A stretch of DNA of 64,000 nt, taken from NCBI RefSeq assembly GCF_009914755.1, contig NC_060926.1, one strand, 5' to 3'. The stretch is from the human T2T-CHM13v2.0 reference genome, Homo sapiens. The position numbers were made by a program, and so were the translations under genes. Shown in pieces: positions 13,534 through 27,904 of this stretch. Below the pieces are notes generated by a model. The model was not told the DNA's origin. It saw only the letters and a list, made by a program, of their open reading frames with translations, and made no database searches. How positions within the stretch are numbered: position 1 is the stretch's first letter; every line of letters begins with the position of its first letter.

Positions 13534-15219
13534 TTTATTTATGTCTATCACAATTATTTTTGCTATTAGAGAAAAAAACTTTAGACTTAATTCTTATCAC
13601 AAATGTATACTTGGGTCCATTGTCTAGAACTTGACAAATGAGTAATCCTTTTTTGCTGGTACTACAAGACACAACAACCCCTTGCTTTATTTGTGCATTA
13701 AAGGAAAAAGGAATTAGATTCTTCTATCCGTGGGTGAATTTCTACTTGGAATTTCTAATTCTGAATCACTGATTAGGGAATTAGGTGATATGATTAGTCA
13801 CATACCAAATGTGAGTTGACCTATGCAGTATAGTCCAAAAGTAAACTGGCCAGCTCCTGCTTGTTTTGGCAACCAATCCACCGATATAAATCAGTACAGT
13901 GATCTGTTTCAGAGGTTGAGCTGATCTTTGCATGCTCCTCCTGCAGAGCAGAAAGATGAGCGCACAGTAGGCATCTGAAAAAGGTCTGAGAATGATAAAA
14001 CACTTATCTGTACTAAGACACTATAAACACATACCTGCTGGCACTTTCAACTATTTTATGTAACATAAACTCAGCTTTGACAGAGTACTTTTTTAAAAAG
14101 CAAATTTTTTTTTGTGGATTACACAATCGAAAAGCCCCAAGGATATTCATCAATTCTATTCTTTTCTCTTTATGACTATTTCCTTCTTTATCCTAAATTG
14201 TCAAAAATACATCAAGGGGCATTCTGATACAGAAGCACTCTGATACAGAAACACGCAATTAACATGAAAATGTTAACGGTTAACAAAAAAGGAAAGTTAC
14301 AGAGGATAAAATACCTTTTAGCCTTGACCCATTTTACTTCTTTCTTGGGCATACAGATACATGCTAATATCCATACCTTGCTAAATATAAAAATACCTGA
14401 GAGTAGCTGGATGGAGCCCAATTTTGTATAGACAGCCTGTTAGTTTCTCCATCTCTATATGCATTGTCATATAAAAAGTAAGAGAAAACTAAACAAGTTC
14501 TTTTTAAATGTAACTTCCTTTTTGAAAATATGCATATAAGACTATGCATTTTAATTTTCATGAATACTGACCTTCTGTAAATGCAAATACGCATTTTCTA
14601 CATTACAATATTACCCAAGGGGGAAAAAAAAAAAACAACAACAAAAAAGGAAATGACTGTGTAGGAGTAAGCAGGAATAGAACAGTCCCAGTATTGTACC
14701 ATTCCCACAGTGCTTCAGGATTGTCTTTTAGATTTCTACTTTTAAATCACTTCTATTCCTATCACAGTTCATAAAAGTGGGTGAAAATTTGAATCGCAAT
14801 TTCCTCATTTAAAAAAATTCACCTCCTTCATCGTCACCGTGCTTGCTTTTCAAGGAACGTTCTCATACCGATTGCAAATATTACGATGACACATCTTATT
14901 TGTTTTTGACAGTTTGGATGTAAATTTTCTTCTTAAATTAGCACTTATAGTCAGAGTATCTCTTTCACTTTATAGACATTGTTATATAGGCATTAAGTGA
15001 TGTATGCAATTGACGACCAACTGAGTTCTGCATTTTGTTTGCTCAATATTTGGTCAACATAAGGAACAATTTTACATATTACTTATTTTGCAACTATTAT
15101 AATAATCAATTTCTGACATAATATCTAATATATTTAATCGGTCATGCGTAATACATACTTTGTTTGCTATACATTCTCTCTATCTTTTAAAGAACCATGA
15201 AAATATGATCTAATTGTTC

Positions 15220-15345
15220 TCATTTTGCAAAAGAGTTAACAGGTTTTCCGAGAAGTTCAGTAACTTGCCCAGTGCCACATTGTCTGTAAATGTTAAGCCT
15301 GGGATTTGAGCCTCCGTCTCTTTGGCAACAAAGTCCACACTCTTG
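15220..15345 (-). mobile_element. MIR fragment
   Basis: GAGAAGTTCAGTAACTTGCCCAG...GGGATTTGAGCC...AAAGTCCACACTCTT matches the reverse MIR core. Confidence 0.65.
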
Positions 15346-16254
15346 AGGACAGGAAATTAAAAGTATGGAACACATGTTGGCATTCATTATGTGAATGCTA
15401 ATAGAATATGCTTCTGCTTTGAAAATATCCAAGGTGAAACATGGATAAAACAGAAGGCCACTATTTGGGGTAATGATAGAATGATTTGCATGAATTTCAC
15501 AAATTAATTCTTAAGCAAACAAGGTGTAAACCAGAGCGCTAATTGATATGAATAAAAGGAGAGACCAAAAAAAGTACTAAATGACTTCTTAACCCAGTTT
15601 CTCCTGTGTCTCCTTGTCTCTTTGTTCACTGCCAAGAAGAGTTAGGATGTTAGACACTCATTGAATTTCTTACTCTTTTTCAGGGTTGGGGGGCAGTTTC
15701 TATAAGACAGTCAAATTAAGTATAGCATGTGGCCATGAATGTCCAAGTAATGACAAAGAGAAGAGTGAAAGGACTTTCTGGATGCTGGCTCATTCCAGTT
15801 CCAGCATTTGGAGCATGACAGTTGACTTCTGCAACTGTAAAGAAAACATTATAGTGCAAGAACTATGGTACACTACCAGTAAAAGTGGTATGCACTGGCA
15901 GCTAACAGAATCCACTGAGCTTTTTTTTGTCAGGGGCATCAGGCCAACAAATTAGGCTGCAGCTTGGTAATCAACACTCTTTCTCCACAGTAAATGAAAC
16001 TAAGTTTGGGGTAAGAGAGGAATAAACAGCAGTAGTAATTTCTGTATATACAATTTTCTGAGTAAACAAAAATAGAACGTGTGTAAAAGTACCCTAGAAA
16101 TGCCTGGCACATTATAGGCACTAAAAATGTGTTGGCCATTGAAGTGAAAGACTGATCAGTATAATATAGTATCTTTTTGTCTATATACCATGGTTGTCAG
16201 TTTCTATTAACTTAAGAGAATTCCTGATGTCCTAGCAAAATTCATATAAACGCT

Positions 16255-16484
16255 CCTCTGTATTCATCTTACAGAAGTAGGCAGCATCTGCAAAGTTTTG
16301 TCTTTTAGTTTTTTTCTGCCTTGTTGAGGAAAGGGATTTGGAAATGGAATTATAAATGTCCATTTATTTCTAGGCATTGTAGGTATGCCATCTTGTACAT
16401 ACTCACTTTTCTGGTGGAAAAAGTAAAGCTTTTGTAGGTTAACTAACTTGGCCAATATCACAGCTAATAATTGGCACAGTAGGG
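16255..16484 (+). repeat. 230-bp dispersed direct repeat, copy 1 (3' end runs into a MIR)
   Basis: Ungapped match to 17612-17841 at offset 1357, with 8 mismatches by eye. Confidence 0.95.
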
Positions 16485-16609
16485 TTCAAAACCAAGTGTT
16501 TTACACTGAGGCAAAGGCTCTTTCCACTGTCTGCAGTACTTCAAATATCAAGCTTTGTATGGAGATGGATCCTTTTTGGTGTAAATCTTAATCGTGGAAA
16601 TTGTTGTAC

Positions 16610-16741
16610 TTAGGTCACACAGTTGTGGAGACAATGCAGGGGCCTGGCCATACTTGAGGGTGCCATTTACGTGGTAGTATATGGAAATGGTCTCCTAGAT
16701 CTGCTCATGGTACAGCCAACACACACGTACATGGAGGCTTG
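16610..16741. mobile_element. Possible MER91-like hAT MITE
   Basis: Loosely palindromic GAGGGTGCCATTTAC...GAAATGGTCTCCTAG and a terminal GTACATGGAGGCTTG resemble MER91. Confidence 0.4.
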
Positions 16742-17054
16742 ACATTTAGGATTACCACTGTTTAAACAAACTGTCTTTGCTTGTTCCCATGTGTAGTCAC
16801 ATAATATGAAATCAAAATTCTACTATAGAAGGTAGCAGTCCACACACTTCAATGGAAAAAAAATATGCTAGGTTTTTCAACAGAAAAAAAGCTCATTCAG
16901 AAGGTCTGTAGTCATTTATAGGTTTGCTTATTGATAATTTTGTTAGTGTGTTTAACTTGTATCAATTCCTTGAAGTAAAATAACCACTTTGGGATATTTT
17001 ATGTTTTTTTTTTAAAGATTTAATGTCAGAAATAAACTCTAAAATATAAAGAAA

Positions 17055-17456
17055 TGTGACAGAGACTGGTTAGATGTTCACAAACTATTTCCTATGTCTT
17101 TCTGGGCAGAAAGCTCCACTGCATCTCGCAGCTTTTCCTATTGGTAGGTGTGGCCATGTGAATGACTTCTGGCCTATGGATTGTGAGTGGACGTGATGCA
17201 TAACACCTCTAAAAAAGGCCCTTAAACACATCCTGGGAGATGCTCTGTTTTGCTTCTTCCCTGGTCTGCTTCAGAGGATCCAGGACAATGCCAAGGTCAT
17301 AGGGAAAGGTAGAACCAATAGAAGCTCCTGGAACTCTGAGACCTCCAGGACCAGCACTGGATTATGACTGGACAATAAATAAATAAACCTTTTTTATGCC
17401 AAGCTACTGAAATTCTGGGATTTTGTGTTCCAGTAGTTTTTCTACTCTGAATAATC
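17055..17456 (+). mobile_element. Old MaLR LTR (MLT1I/H-like)
   Basis: Starts TGTGACAGAGACTGGTTAG. Contains GTGTGGCCATGTGAATGACTTCTGGCCTATGG and AATAAACCTTTTT...AAGCTACTGAAATTCTGGG. Confidence 0.7.
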
Positions 17457-17611
17457 TAAGGCCTATGCATAAGTATGAGCGTATTACCGTCTATTACTAA
17501 CATAGTGGTCAAAATCCAGACTTTCCACTGTGCCACTATTCTACTATCATAAGTGACCATTTTTTCTGTTGTTGCTTAAATTTTCTAAGGTTTTCCAGAT
17601 TTGCTGAAGCA

Positions 17612-17841
17612 CCTCTGCATTCGTCTTACAAAAGTAGGCAGCATCTGCAAAGTTTTGTCTTTTAGTTTTTTTCTGCCTTGTTGAGGAAAGGGATTTGGAA
17701 ATGGAATTATAAATGTCCATTTATTTCTAGGCATTGCAGGTATGCCATCTTGTACATACTTACTTTTCTGGTGGAAAAAGTAAAGCTTTTGGAGGTTAAC
17801 TAACATGGCCAACATCACAGCTAATAATTGGCACAGTAGGG
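17612..17841 (+). repeat. 230-bp dispersed direct repeat, copy 2
   Basis: Matches 16255-16484. The MIR portion is cut off at this copy's right end. Confidence 0.95.
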
Positions 17842-20659
17842 ATTCCCCTCATAAGTTTTGACTTGCACATAATGGACTGATCTTTACTTAGCCTACTTTT
17901 GCAGTTTCAGCAACTGCCATCAAAAGTTATTTTCTGAACATTCTTCTTAAAAGAAAGAGTGAAACTCTTTCTACTATGGACATGAATTTCAAACACCCTA
18001 AGTATTTAGCAAATAGGCTTTTTTGTCCATTTGTAAAATATTTTGTCACAAAGATACAGAATAGAAATTTGAAGTGTTTATTTACACTTGCTACTAGTCT
18101 AAAGCTTATGTCATTGCTACTTGTAGTGTATGTAAAAATTGCATTTTATAGCAAATATTGCTATCGTGGAAAGTCTTTTATAACATTCTTCATTTCTAAG
18201 GCAAATAATGTGACACTGACATCAATGAAAGAGAACCTTATGGTCTAAGTTGAATAACTATTGGGCAATGAAAATTGCATACTTAAAAGATGAGTGTATT
18301 TACAATGGACTAATAAAGAGAAGATTCATGTCTTTATTAAAAACTTAGAAGCATAAATTATCAGGCCTGAAAAGTACTTGTTTAAAAATAAAATGTTTAA
18401 TTTAACTGACTAATTCCCCTTCTACTAAAATGTAGAAATACTTTAGGATGGGAATAATTTGTTTAAATCAATAGTTTCTAAATGTCTCAAAGCATTGGAC
18501 AATTTTAACTGCATTTTAACTGTTATTTGATTAAAGATCATTTTCATTAAATGTATGAAGCTACTATATTCAAGAACTCCAGAAAGAAAGTTGATTACTA
18601 AAAAAAGGCCCCTTTTTTTCTAACAAAAAGTGTTAGTACTAAGTGCATGAACAATCAATCCAGAGAAGACAGATGGTCAACAAAGCATTTCACAGAAAAC
18701 CTTGTACTTTCCATATGTTGTTATATGCAATGCATGAAGTTTTCTGCTAGCACAGAGATTAAAAAATAAAAGCACACATCATATTTGTCTGAATTTTTCT
18801 TTTCTTTCCACTACTCTTATGTCTTGCTTACATCCACTCAGCCTAATATAGCTTTATTGCAACTTTTATAAAGGTATGAAGAAAGCTTGATATACATCAC
18901 ATAAGGACATATTCAGAGTTAAGACAAAAGACAATGGCAATAAGAGTGTCAAATACTATATGAACTATATGGTATCAGATTACATTAACATGAAAGTATC
19001 TGCCAATACTGCGTTCTCCTTGAGGTATTACAGTGTTTGGCTATGTCTGTGGTAGCCCTTCTGCTGACATAGTCTTTCTTCCTTCTTTTAATTATAATGC
19101 CTCACGATTCCCATGACTGCCCAATTGTCTTTAAAAGGTTTCATCCACTGCTCTGAAGAAGCTCTCTGCCTACCCATTCAATTTACAGCAAGTATTTGAA
19201 AGAGTGGCAGATGCACAGGCAACAGCCATTTATTGAAACACTGATTCCATTTAAGATGGTCTAAAACCCATTCTATCTTCCATCAGGTATAAGTAATGGC
19301 AACTTTTCCTTATTCTTTATGAGTACAAAGATGAAAATACAGAGATAGAGGATTGTTGGATTCTTCCTCTTGTGGATAAATTACTTTACAGAGTAAAAGT
19401 AAATAAGCACTTCTATCGCATGGCCACCAATGCTAAGCTTTATGACCGAGGAAATCAGAAGCTCTAAAGGTAAAAACTTACATAGTCTGTGAGGAGTAGG
19501 TACTCTGCTTTTCAATTTGGACACTAAGCTTTCAAATTAGTTGCTTGAATAGCATGCTTATGCTTATCAATGTCCTGTTAATTTTTTCCTGTTGAATTAC
19601 ATAATTAAGTATTCTCTTTCTATGTGCATATATGTAATACATAGGTATACACACACAGAGAGAAATTTCATATATAGTCATATGCATATAATATACATAT
19701 TTTATATGGCAATTGCCTTTAAAATTGTAATAAATGTGGCACTTCTCGCCAGTTTCAAGTAACAAAATAAATCTTAAAGCTATAACAAGTATATTATCAT
19801 TTGAAACCTTAATAATTCTAATCTAGTTATACAATCTTACCTTCTAGCTTGTGTGTAAGCCATAAACGTTACTGAAAACAATAGGAAAACATTGTTTTGA
19901 CAGGTGCCATTATACAATAAATGTTCTTCTATTTTTGTACAATAGATTACAATTGCCATTCTGAATAAGTGTTAGGGTGAAATATCAAGACATCACATAT
20001 CCTACAATTCAATTTTTGTTATTAAAAAATCCCTCTGTGCCAATATAAAATGATTGGTTATTTTATTTCTCTTAGTAACTTACCTTAAAGAGAATATTTA
20101 AAATGATTCATTTAGCTGAATTACTTGATACCAATTTTTATCAACTGGCAGAAAATCTATTGAACGAGTAGCTTATATGAAGTAAAACTCCCACCTATGC
20201 CCAACACAACCAATATATATTGACGATACTACCACAAAGATTCTTCACCTTTTGCTTTGAGGTAGCCATCTCCCCATAAACTCCTTTCCCAACTAAATTT
20301 ATATATAGGAAATTAGGATACCTCCAAACATTCTACCTCATTCATATTAAATATTTTTTCTCCATCATGTGTGAGTCTACCAGACAAATAAATATGTGAC
20401 AAGAAAATATCACCAGGAAAAAGAGCAATATTAATATTAAAGTTACAGTCCTGAGAAATATAATGTGAAGAAAGTATCAGCAAACACATAATGGGGGTGG
20501 GAAAGAGGCAGAAAAATGTAAGATTGAGAGAAGACGTTAAGTTCAGCTTCTAAGAATAAGACCATGAAAGAGGATATGAACATTTGAAGAGAGTATGGCC
20601 AGTAAAGTAGAGGAGTGTGAGGCAGTAACTTCCAAAGAGTCCAAGTAGTGCCTTTCTAA

Positions 20660-20930
20660 CAGGCACATTGTTGGTGAGGGGGTGGGGAAAGGACATTCAC
20701 GTAGGAGGTTGCTGGAATTATAAACTGAGACAATATTTAGAGAGCTATTTGGTAAGACTTAGTACATTTTAAATGTGGAATCTCTGTAACCTAGTAATTT
20801 TAGTTTTAGGAATATAGAGTACAAAAATACACAATCAAAGGTATATCCATATACCTTTGTAGGATGTTCACCACAATCAGCTTAAAAATGGAGAATAATG
20901 GTGGAAAAAAGTAACTAATAGGGGCATAAT
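20660..20930 (+). mobile_element. Ancient L1M (L1ME-like) fragment
   Basis: CACATTGTTGGTGAG...TATAAACTGAGACAA...ACCTAGTAATTTTAGTTTTAGGAATATA...AGGATGTTCACC resembles the L1 ORF2 3' region. Confidence 0.5.
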
Positions 20931-20940
20931 TAAAGGTGTG

Positions 20941-21235
20941 TTTTTTTGTTTTTTTTTGTTTTTGAGATGGAGTCTCGCTCTGTCACCCAGGCTGGAGTAC
21001 AGTGGCGCGATCTTGGCTTATTGCAACCTCTGCCTCCTGGTTCAAGCAATTCTCCTGCCTCAGCCTCCCTAGTAGCTGGGACTATAGGCACCCACCTCCA
21101 TGCCAGCTAATTTTTTGTATTTTTAGTAGAGAGGGGGTTTCACCACATTGGCCAGGCTGGTCTCGAACTCTTGACCTTGTGATCCGTCCCCCTCGGCCTC
21201 CCAAAGTGCTGGGATCACAGGCATGAGCCACCGTG
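20941..21235 (-). mobile_element. AluS (Sg/Sc-like), a few bases short at the 5' end
   Basis: Dimeric Alu with a poly(T) head on the plus strand. GACCTTGTGATCCG shows the 2-bp deletion shared by Sg/Sc/Y. Confidence 0.93.
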
Positions 21236-22944
21236 TTATACTTTGGAATTCCCCACCATATAGTTCTCAAAAATGCACGCTGGATTTCTGGATTTAGGAC
21301 TTTAAAATTATGAAAATAAAAGTGCTTGTTAAAATCATGAGTATATCACAAACATACTGGAAGACAGTTCAACCATAATAGAACTGTGAAAATCAGTATA
21401 TGTGTTCTTTACATTCTTGCATTGAAAAGAACCACCAATTGTGATAAACTTCTCATTGCCTCCCTTACGGTATTTAAATATTGGACCTATGGAATTTTGG
21501 AACCTTAGTTTATGTGAGTAATCCTTTCCTTCATTTAAAAATATTTGCAGAAAATTTTGAAAAATCAAACAACTAAAAATAGTCAAAACGTCTTTCAGAG
21601 AACCAGTTTTCTGAAAATCCTAACTTCTCATGATTATGGCAAGTTAAAAAAAAAACTCAAAAACGTCTACCTGAGTATTAAGTCTAACTGAAATAATAAA
21701 CGAGTTTAGAAAACAAACTTTAAAACCCCTATAAACATTTTCCTCAAATCCCTAGAGATATGGCACATTTGAAAGAGCCTCCTGGGCCCTTTATACAAAC
21801 TCTAGGGCAGGTTGGCTTAGGTCCAGAATGAAGTATAGGAAAAGCTAGGGAGAAAACCTATATGGTACCTGCTTTCATTATCCATGACTCTTGACAACCT
21901 GATGAGTCACTAACTTCTATGAATAATGATTCTCTGCGTGCATCCCAGATTATCCTCAGAGTTTCAGTTAATTGTGTGCATTACTTTTGTATCTTACTTA
22001 ATATGTCATGTGTGGTCCACCCAACAACCCCTTACTTTAAGCCTTTTAGGGAAACTCAGAAAAGTTCCTCCCCCTCACGTGTAATGGCTGATGTCCAGGT
22101 GCGCTCTCAGGGTGCTGCTCTGATCCCTCACTGTTTTTCCCTACCACTCTCATCTCTGTCTTTCCCTCTCTCTAACGGTCTCCCCTGGGTTTTTCTTCAT
22201 TGTTTTCAAGCTTCTTTAACATGTGTGAAGATCTCTGGCTTACACACAAGTATGGGAATTTGCATGTGCCAAAAGCTGACTCTATCAATACATTTGTTGA
22301 TGAGAATTTAAAGAGGAAAAAGGTAAGAACTCCACAGGGGTAGTGCTAATTGATTTTCTTTATAAACACATAAGTAATTATACAAGTGACCATCTGCTTT
22401 GTCGGCATGAAGTTAATGAATACACAAAAGGAATCAAATTTAGAGCTTACTTAAATCTTAAATCCAACTGCCTAGATAGTTGCTTAGATCCATCATAAGG
22501 CAAAATAAAAAGTGCCCTAGTCTGCAGGAAAAAGACAAACAAAAATAAATAAGATCCTTTGTTTTTCTCAATGAGAAACAGTGCAAAAAGTGTTATGTTG
22601 GTTGCAATCTCTGAAAGCAGAGAACACAGAAACTAATACATGGAATTATTTTCAAGCATGACTTTGATATTTATTTAGCTAAACTGGGCCAAAATAATAT
22701 AGAAAATAGTTAAATTCAACGTTACTATAGCAATTTAGCTATTTTACTTTAAAAATGTGTTCATTTTGTTTGGCTCAGCATTCCAGAGCACACATAGCTA
22801 TTTCTTGTAGACAGTCATTAGGAATAAAAGAGCATAGCAGAAATTAATTCAAATGTTCACAGCTATAAAATACAACTCTTAGACTCCAACATTAGAAAGG
22901 AGAACTTTTCTATCATTTTTATGTTAATGGATAAACAAAGGTTA

Positions 22945-22968
22945 TATACATATATATATATACACACA
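22945..22968. repeat. (TA)n(CA)n microsatellite
   Basis: Directly visible. Confidence 0.8.
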
Positions 22969-24484
22969 TGTAAAGATTATAGATATAAATCTATAGATAT
23001 GTAATAGAAAATTAAAGATTTGTAAGCACAACATTTACTTCACCAGTTCAAGCTGGAACACTGAACGTGTAGGACTGCAGATCCTCATTCTAAGATTGTT
23101 TTCATGCATGAAAGGCAGTTGGATTTATACATGGAAAATTCATAATTATGATAAGTAGTATTTCTGGAATTGTTACAAAAAGACCATTGGCCACTAATTA
23201 ATTCCAAAAATAATTACTGACTTATCTTTGGCAACACATCTTATGTGAGCTGCTGGATATACTCCATCGATCAAGAGGGGTCCAGTCTCTTGACACTAAG
23301 AGTTAAGTGAGTAAGTCAGAATTTGTAAGTGCAATTACAAATGCTGCAATTATCCTAGAAGACCAGGGACAAGAGTATACATAATTGGGAGCTCTGTTGG
23401 ACAGTAAGTGTGTCAGGGAAGGGAAACCCAAGGAAACAATATTTGAGCTAATAGTTGAAGGATGGCCAAGAGTTCAGGGAAGAAACCCTCGATCACACTT
23501 TAAGCTAATCGTTGGAGCACTAGGTACTCTCAATTCTATTCCATCATGCATATTTTTATAAGGGCAAATATGTCTTTTAACACGGGAGAAAACATTGAAA
23601 TCTAAGTCATTATTACACAACAATATTATTTTCACAAGAATATGACATATTGGAGGATGGTAATTTAAAATCCATTTTAACACAAATGTTTAATTTGTAT
23701 TTCTCCTTCAAGGAAAATGAAAAACAAAATAAAAACTATAATAGTGGGTATTGCTTAGAGTGGATAGAGTACAAGATTTAAATTTGCAGAGGAACCTTAG
23801 AGTATTGAGAATTTAAGATTCCCCTACATGTTGTCCCATCCCCACTACTAGTCTTATTTTTCAATAGCTCCCTAAAATGCCATAAATTCTAGGCAAATTA
23901 TGTTACGTACTACCCCTGATCCTCTCTGACTCTTTCATCTTCATATATGCTATGTTCTTCCTTCCTTCCTGCATTTCGTACTCCACAAGGTCTATCTCAT
24001 TAGTTACTTTTTCTCATACCCAAAGCCAGATGACCACATTTCTCTATATACATGTTTACGATGACACATAGTCAAATTCGGCTTGTATTACATTATTCTA
24101 TATAAGTAATTGTTGGATTCCTTCAGTAGAGTGGAAGCTCCTACAGTGAGTGAACTCTGTCTTATTCATCTACTGTATACCATAGACTGCACCTTATTTA
24201 ATATTTTGAATCAAAATTGATTCAATTAAGTTGAACTGAATTAGTATGCAGCCCCTCACTCTAATTCAAATTTCAGATATTGTGGCCATTTTTTTTTCTC
24301 TGAAACCACTTAAGCAAAAAGTTATAGTATGAATTTTAAGCTCAACTTCTCTTTAAAATTTGGAACATTTTACATAATCTCTTTTAAGAAACACTATGTT
24401 TCACATCAGTGAATTTTACAAGTAACTCAAATCTTGTCTTTAGAGTTAGTGAGCCATAGAGAAAAGCTCACTGTGTGAGAGAAA

Positions 24485-24790
24485 ACATCATTCATTCCGT
24501 CTTTGCCGCACCAAATATACATTATGCTGCTTGCGTATGTCGGTAACCATTCTAAGTGATAGGGATATAATAGTGGACAAGACAGAATGTTTTTCTCCCA
24601 TTATGGAGCTAAGGGTCTCGAGGCAAACAGAGGAGGAGTAATAAACAGACATATTCATAAATAGCTATACGTAATATGAAAAAAAGGAATAGAGTGTGGA
24701 TATAGAGAAGAACAGACAGAGAAAACTTTGGATAAAGGTAAGAAAACATCCCTCCATGGTGGGACCACTTAAACAGGGACCTGAACAATT
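24485..24790 (-). mobile_element. L2 3' fragment
   Basis: CATTCATTC...TTCTAAGTGATAGGGATATAATAGTGGACAAGACAGA...ATGGAGCT is the reverse L2 end. Confidence 0.6.
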
Positions 24791-25314
24791 TTGTAATTTG
24801 AGGATAACAGGGTAATCTAATGGCATATTGAATAGTCCAACATATTATTTACTAACTTCAGAAGACTATTTGCAGAGAAGAGGTAAAGATTAAGAGAAAA
24901 GAAAAATGTAATGGGAAGAAATAAAATTAACAGAATGTACAGGAGCCCTTTGAGTTGTAATTGAAGCATAATTGTTTAATTCACCCGTATAGACATTTGA
25001 GCCTTACATACAACCCATTTATAAACATTCTTCTAGCTCCTTCACCTTATTATATACCTTATCATAGGGCCTTCAAGAACTTCCCATGTTTGTACCATTA
25101 CCTCATAACCTAAGAAAATTTGTTACCATTCTCCAACTGTTGACCTTAGTGATATATTACTCACAATGTCATCCACATGTCCTTGAAGCACTGAATCTGC
25201 TCATCTCACATTTCAATACCTGCCTGTGGTTTGCTGGAAATGATGGCTCCTAATACTGCAAGGCTTTACTAAAAATTTGTATATGAGTGTCTCTTCTGGT
25301 AGACTATTTCTCTA

Positions 25315-25818
<504 letters not shown>

Positions 25819-27904
25819 CTAGGTTCTAATGATGCCAGAGAAAACAATTCTGTCGTAATTATATGGGGAGTCACAAAACACACCCATCACTACTTATGGA
25901 TAAGACTTTTTATCATTAAAATTTGGAAAGAGCATGGATGGCATAATAGGAAGGGAGAGGAGTCTATTAGGAAGGGGTGGGCCAGCCTCTGAGGCTGGCT
26001 GGATGTAATACAAAGACATATAAGCTTTATTCTGGACAGGGAAGTAGTACAGTAGAAAACAAACACAAACACAAAGAGATAAATGAAACCCTCCCTAAAC
26101 ATCCTTTCTATAAATATCAGACAACACTGATAGAATCAAATTTACAAATTGTTATTTTGTCCTTGCCATAGTCTTAGGGCCCATTCAGTGGGCAAAATGC
26201 ATGAGATTATTATAATCATGTTAATTTAATAAAAATTAATATGAGAGAAATGTAGATCTTTCTTTTGTGTATTTTCCTTCCTCCTTCTCCCATATCTTTC
26301 TTCCCCAACTATGATAATTTCAGCCCAGGCAATCTATTTTATATTTAATATCCTTTATTGCAATAAATATTTTTGTTTATACTCTTACCTTTTCACCTAA
26401 ATTACATGCTAAATGTATTCTCAATGGAAAAAACAGACAACTCAGCACTTTCGTATCTCTGACAAACAAAGCAAATTGCATGTTTTACTTTTTATGGTTT
26501 CTTATTGCTTTTTAAATTCTGTCATCTAATGGGACTAATGTTCATGGTTTAGGAGTATATTTACCATAAATAGCTTTAGCAGTTATCAAACATCACCGCT
26601 TCATTTTGGCGTTTAACCAACCTCAACCACTATTTATTGCCTCATATACTTCTCTACTGGGAACATTGCACCTTAATTACCCCAATCCCTATCTCTAGGT
26701 ATGATATAGAAAGCCTGAATGGAAATAACCATTTCTTGTTTCATTTATGTAAGAAGGCAGTACCTGTGCCTAAACGATCAGAGATCAGGGCCATGAAATC
26801 AGCAGAGTGTATCTCAGTGACCTAAAAAATCCAAGTTCTATGGCAATGGAAATGCAAACTCTCTTATGTGCAAGAAGATGGGGGTCAGGGTGAGGTTGTC
26901 AAATATCTCTTCCAAATGCTTACATCTGTATCAAAGTCTAGTGATACAGAATGCCGCTGGGGAAAAAATAGAGAACAGTGATGATCTGGAAAACTGTTGA
27001 TTGGCTTTAACTAAATGAACACAACCAAGATCTTGTGCTTTAACAATCTATCTGTGTTTCACCCCTAGTACGCTCACACACTATTTTTTTCCAATGCTTT
27101 TCCATAAAAATAATACTTGGCAAGAGTATAATATTTTTCAGATTGTAGGAGATTATCTCATAAATGTGAAATTAAGAAATGGATTATGAAGTTATTACGT
27201 AGATTAAGTGTGTGTCTCTCGCCTTAAACCTTTTGCCTAAATTTTTGTTTTCTCAGTCCTTTAAGATTCAGCTCAAAGAGCTCCTTCTCTGAAAATTTTT
27301 AGCTATTCGTTCCTGTACAAATAATGGAGCTTTCCTTGGACACCCTTGTGTCTCTTCAACTTCCTGCAGTGAATGTACCAGTACTTACTCTTGAACCCTT
27401 TCTACAGGGCATCTTGACCACTTTATATTCAAAGTCAGGATTTAATGTACATTTGCTGAAGGAAAGGATGTTTGCTCTATCGACCAATAAGACAACACAA
27501 GGTGTCTCACATGCAGAAATAGGTATGAATATGTACTTTTGCTTTCACACTGCACTACTACGTCCCACTGTTATTAACGTATAGAAATAATACCTCCATT
27601 ATTTTGTTAAGATGTTGAAAATATTTGGAACTACCTTCTCCACCCTCAGCAACCCCAACAGGCCAGCTGTTCTGCCCCACTGATGAAGACAAGATTTGTT
27701 AATGATGTGTCCTGCTGGGATTTGCACTTAAAGTGGTATATACCATGATATAACTTCCTCTTTGGGTTCTGAGTCTCACTGCCTCTACACTAATCCCACA
27801 TTCAACAGGTCATCTGCCCTGTTCTTGCCTCCACCTTCGACCACTCCACTGATCTAGCGGGTATCCTGCTGTTCTTCCCAACTCTGTTGAGAAATACTTT
27901 AGCG

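Noticed and set aside
16264-17818. Two near-identical ORFs (16264-16461 and 17585-17818) suggesting paralogous small genes
   Set aside because: The similarity comes only from the 230-bp DNA duplication, which is partly MIR. Nearly all the differences change amino acids or stops, and there is no coding signature.
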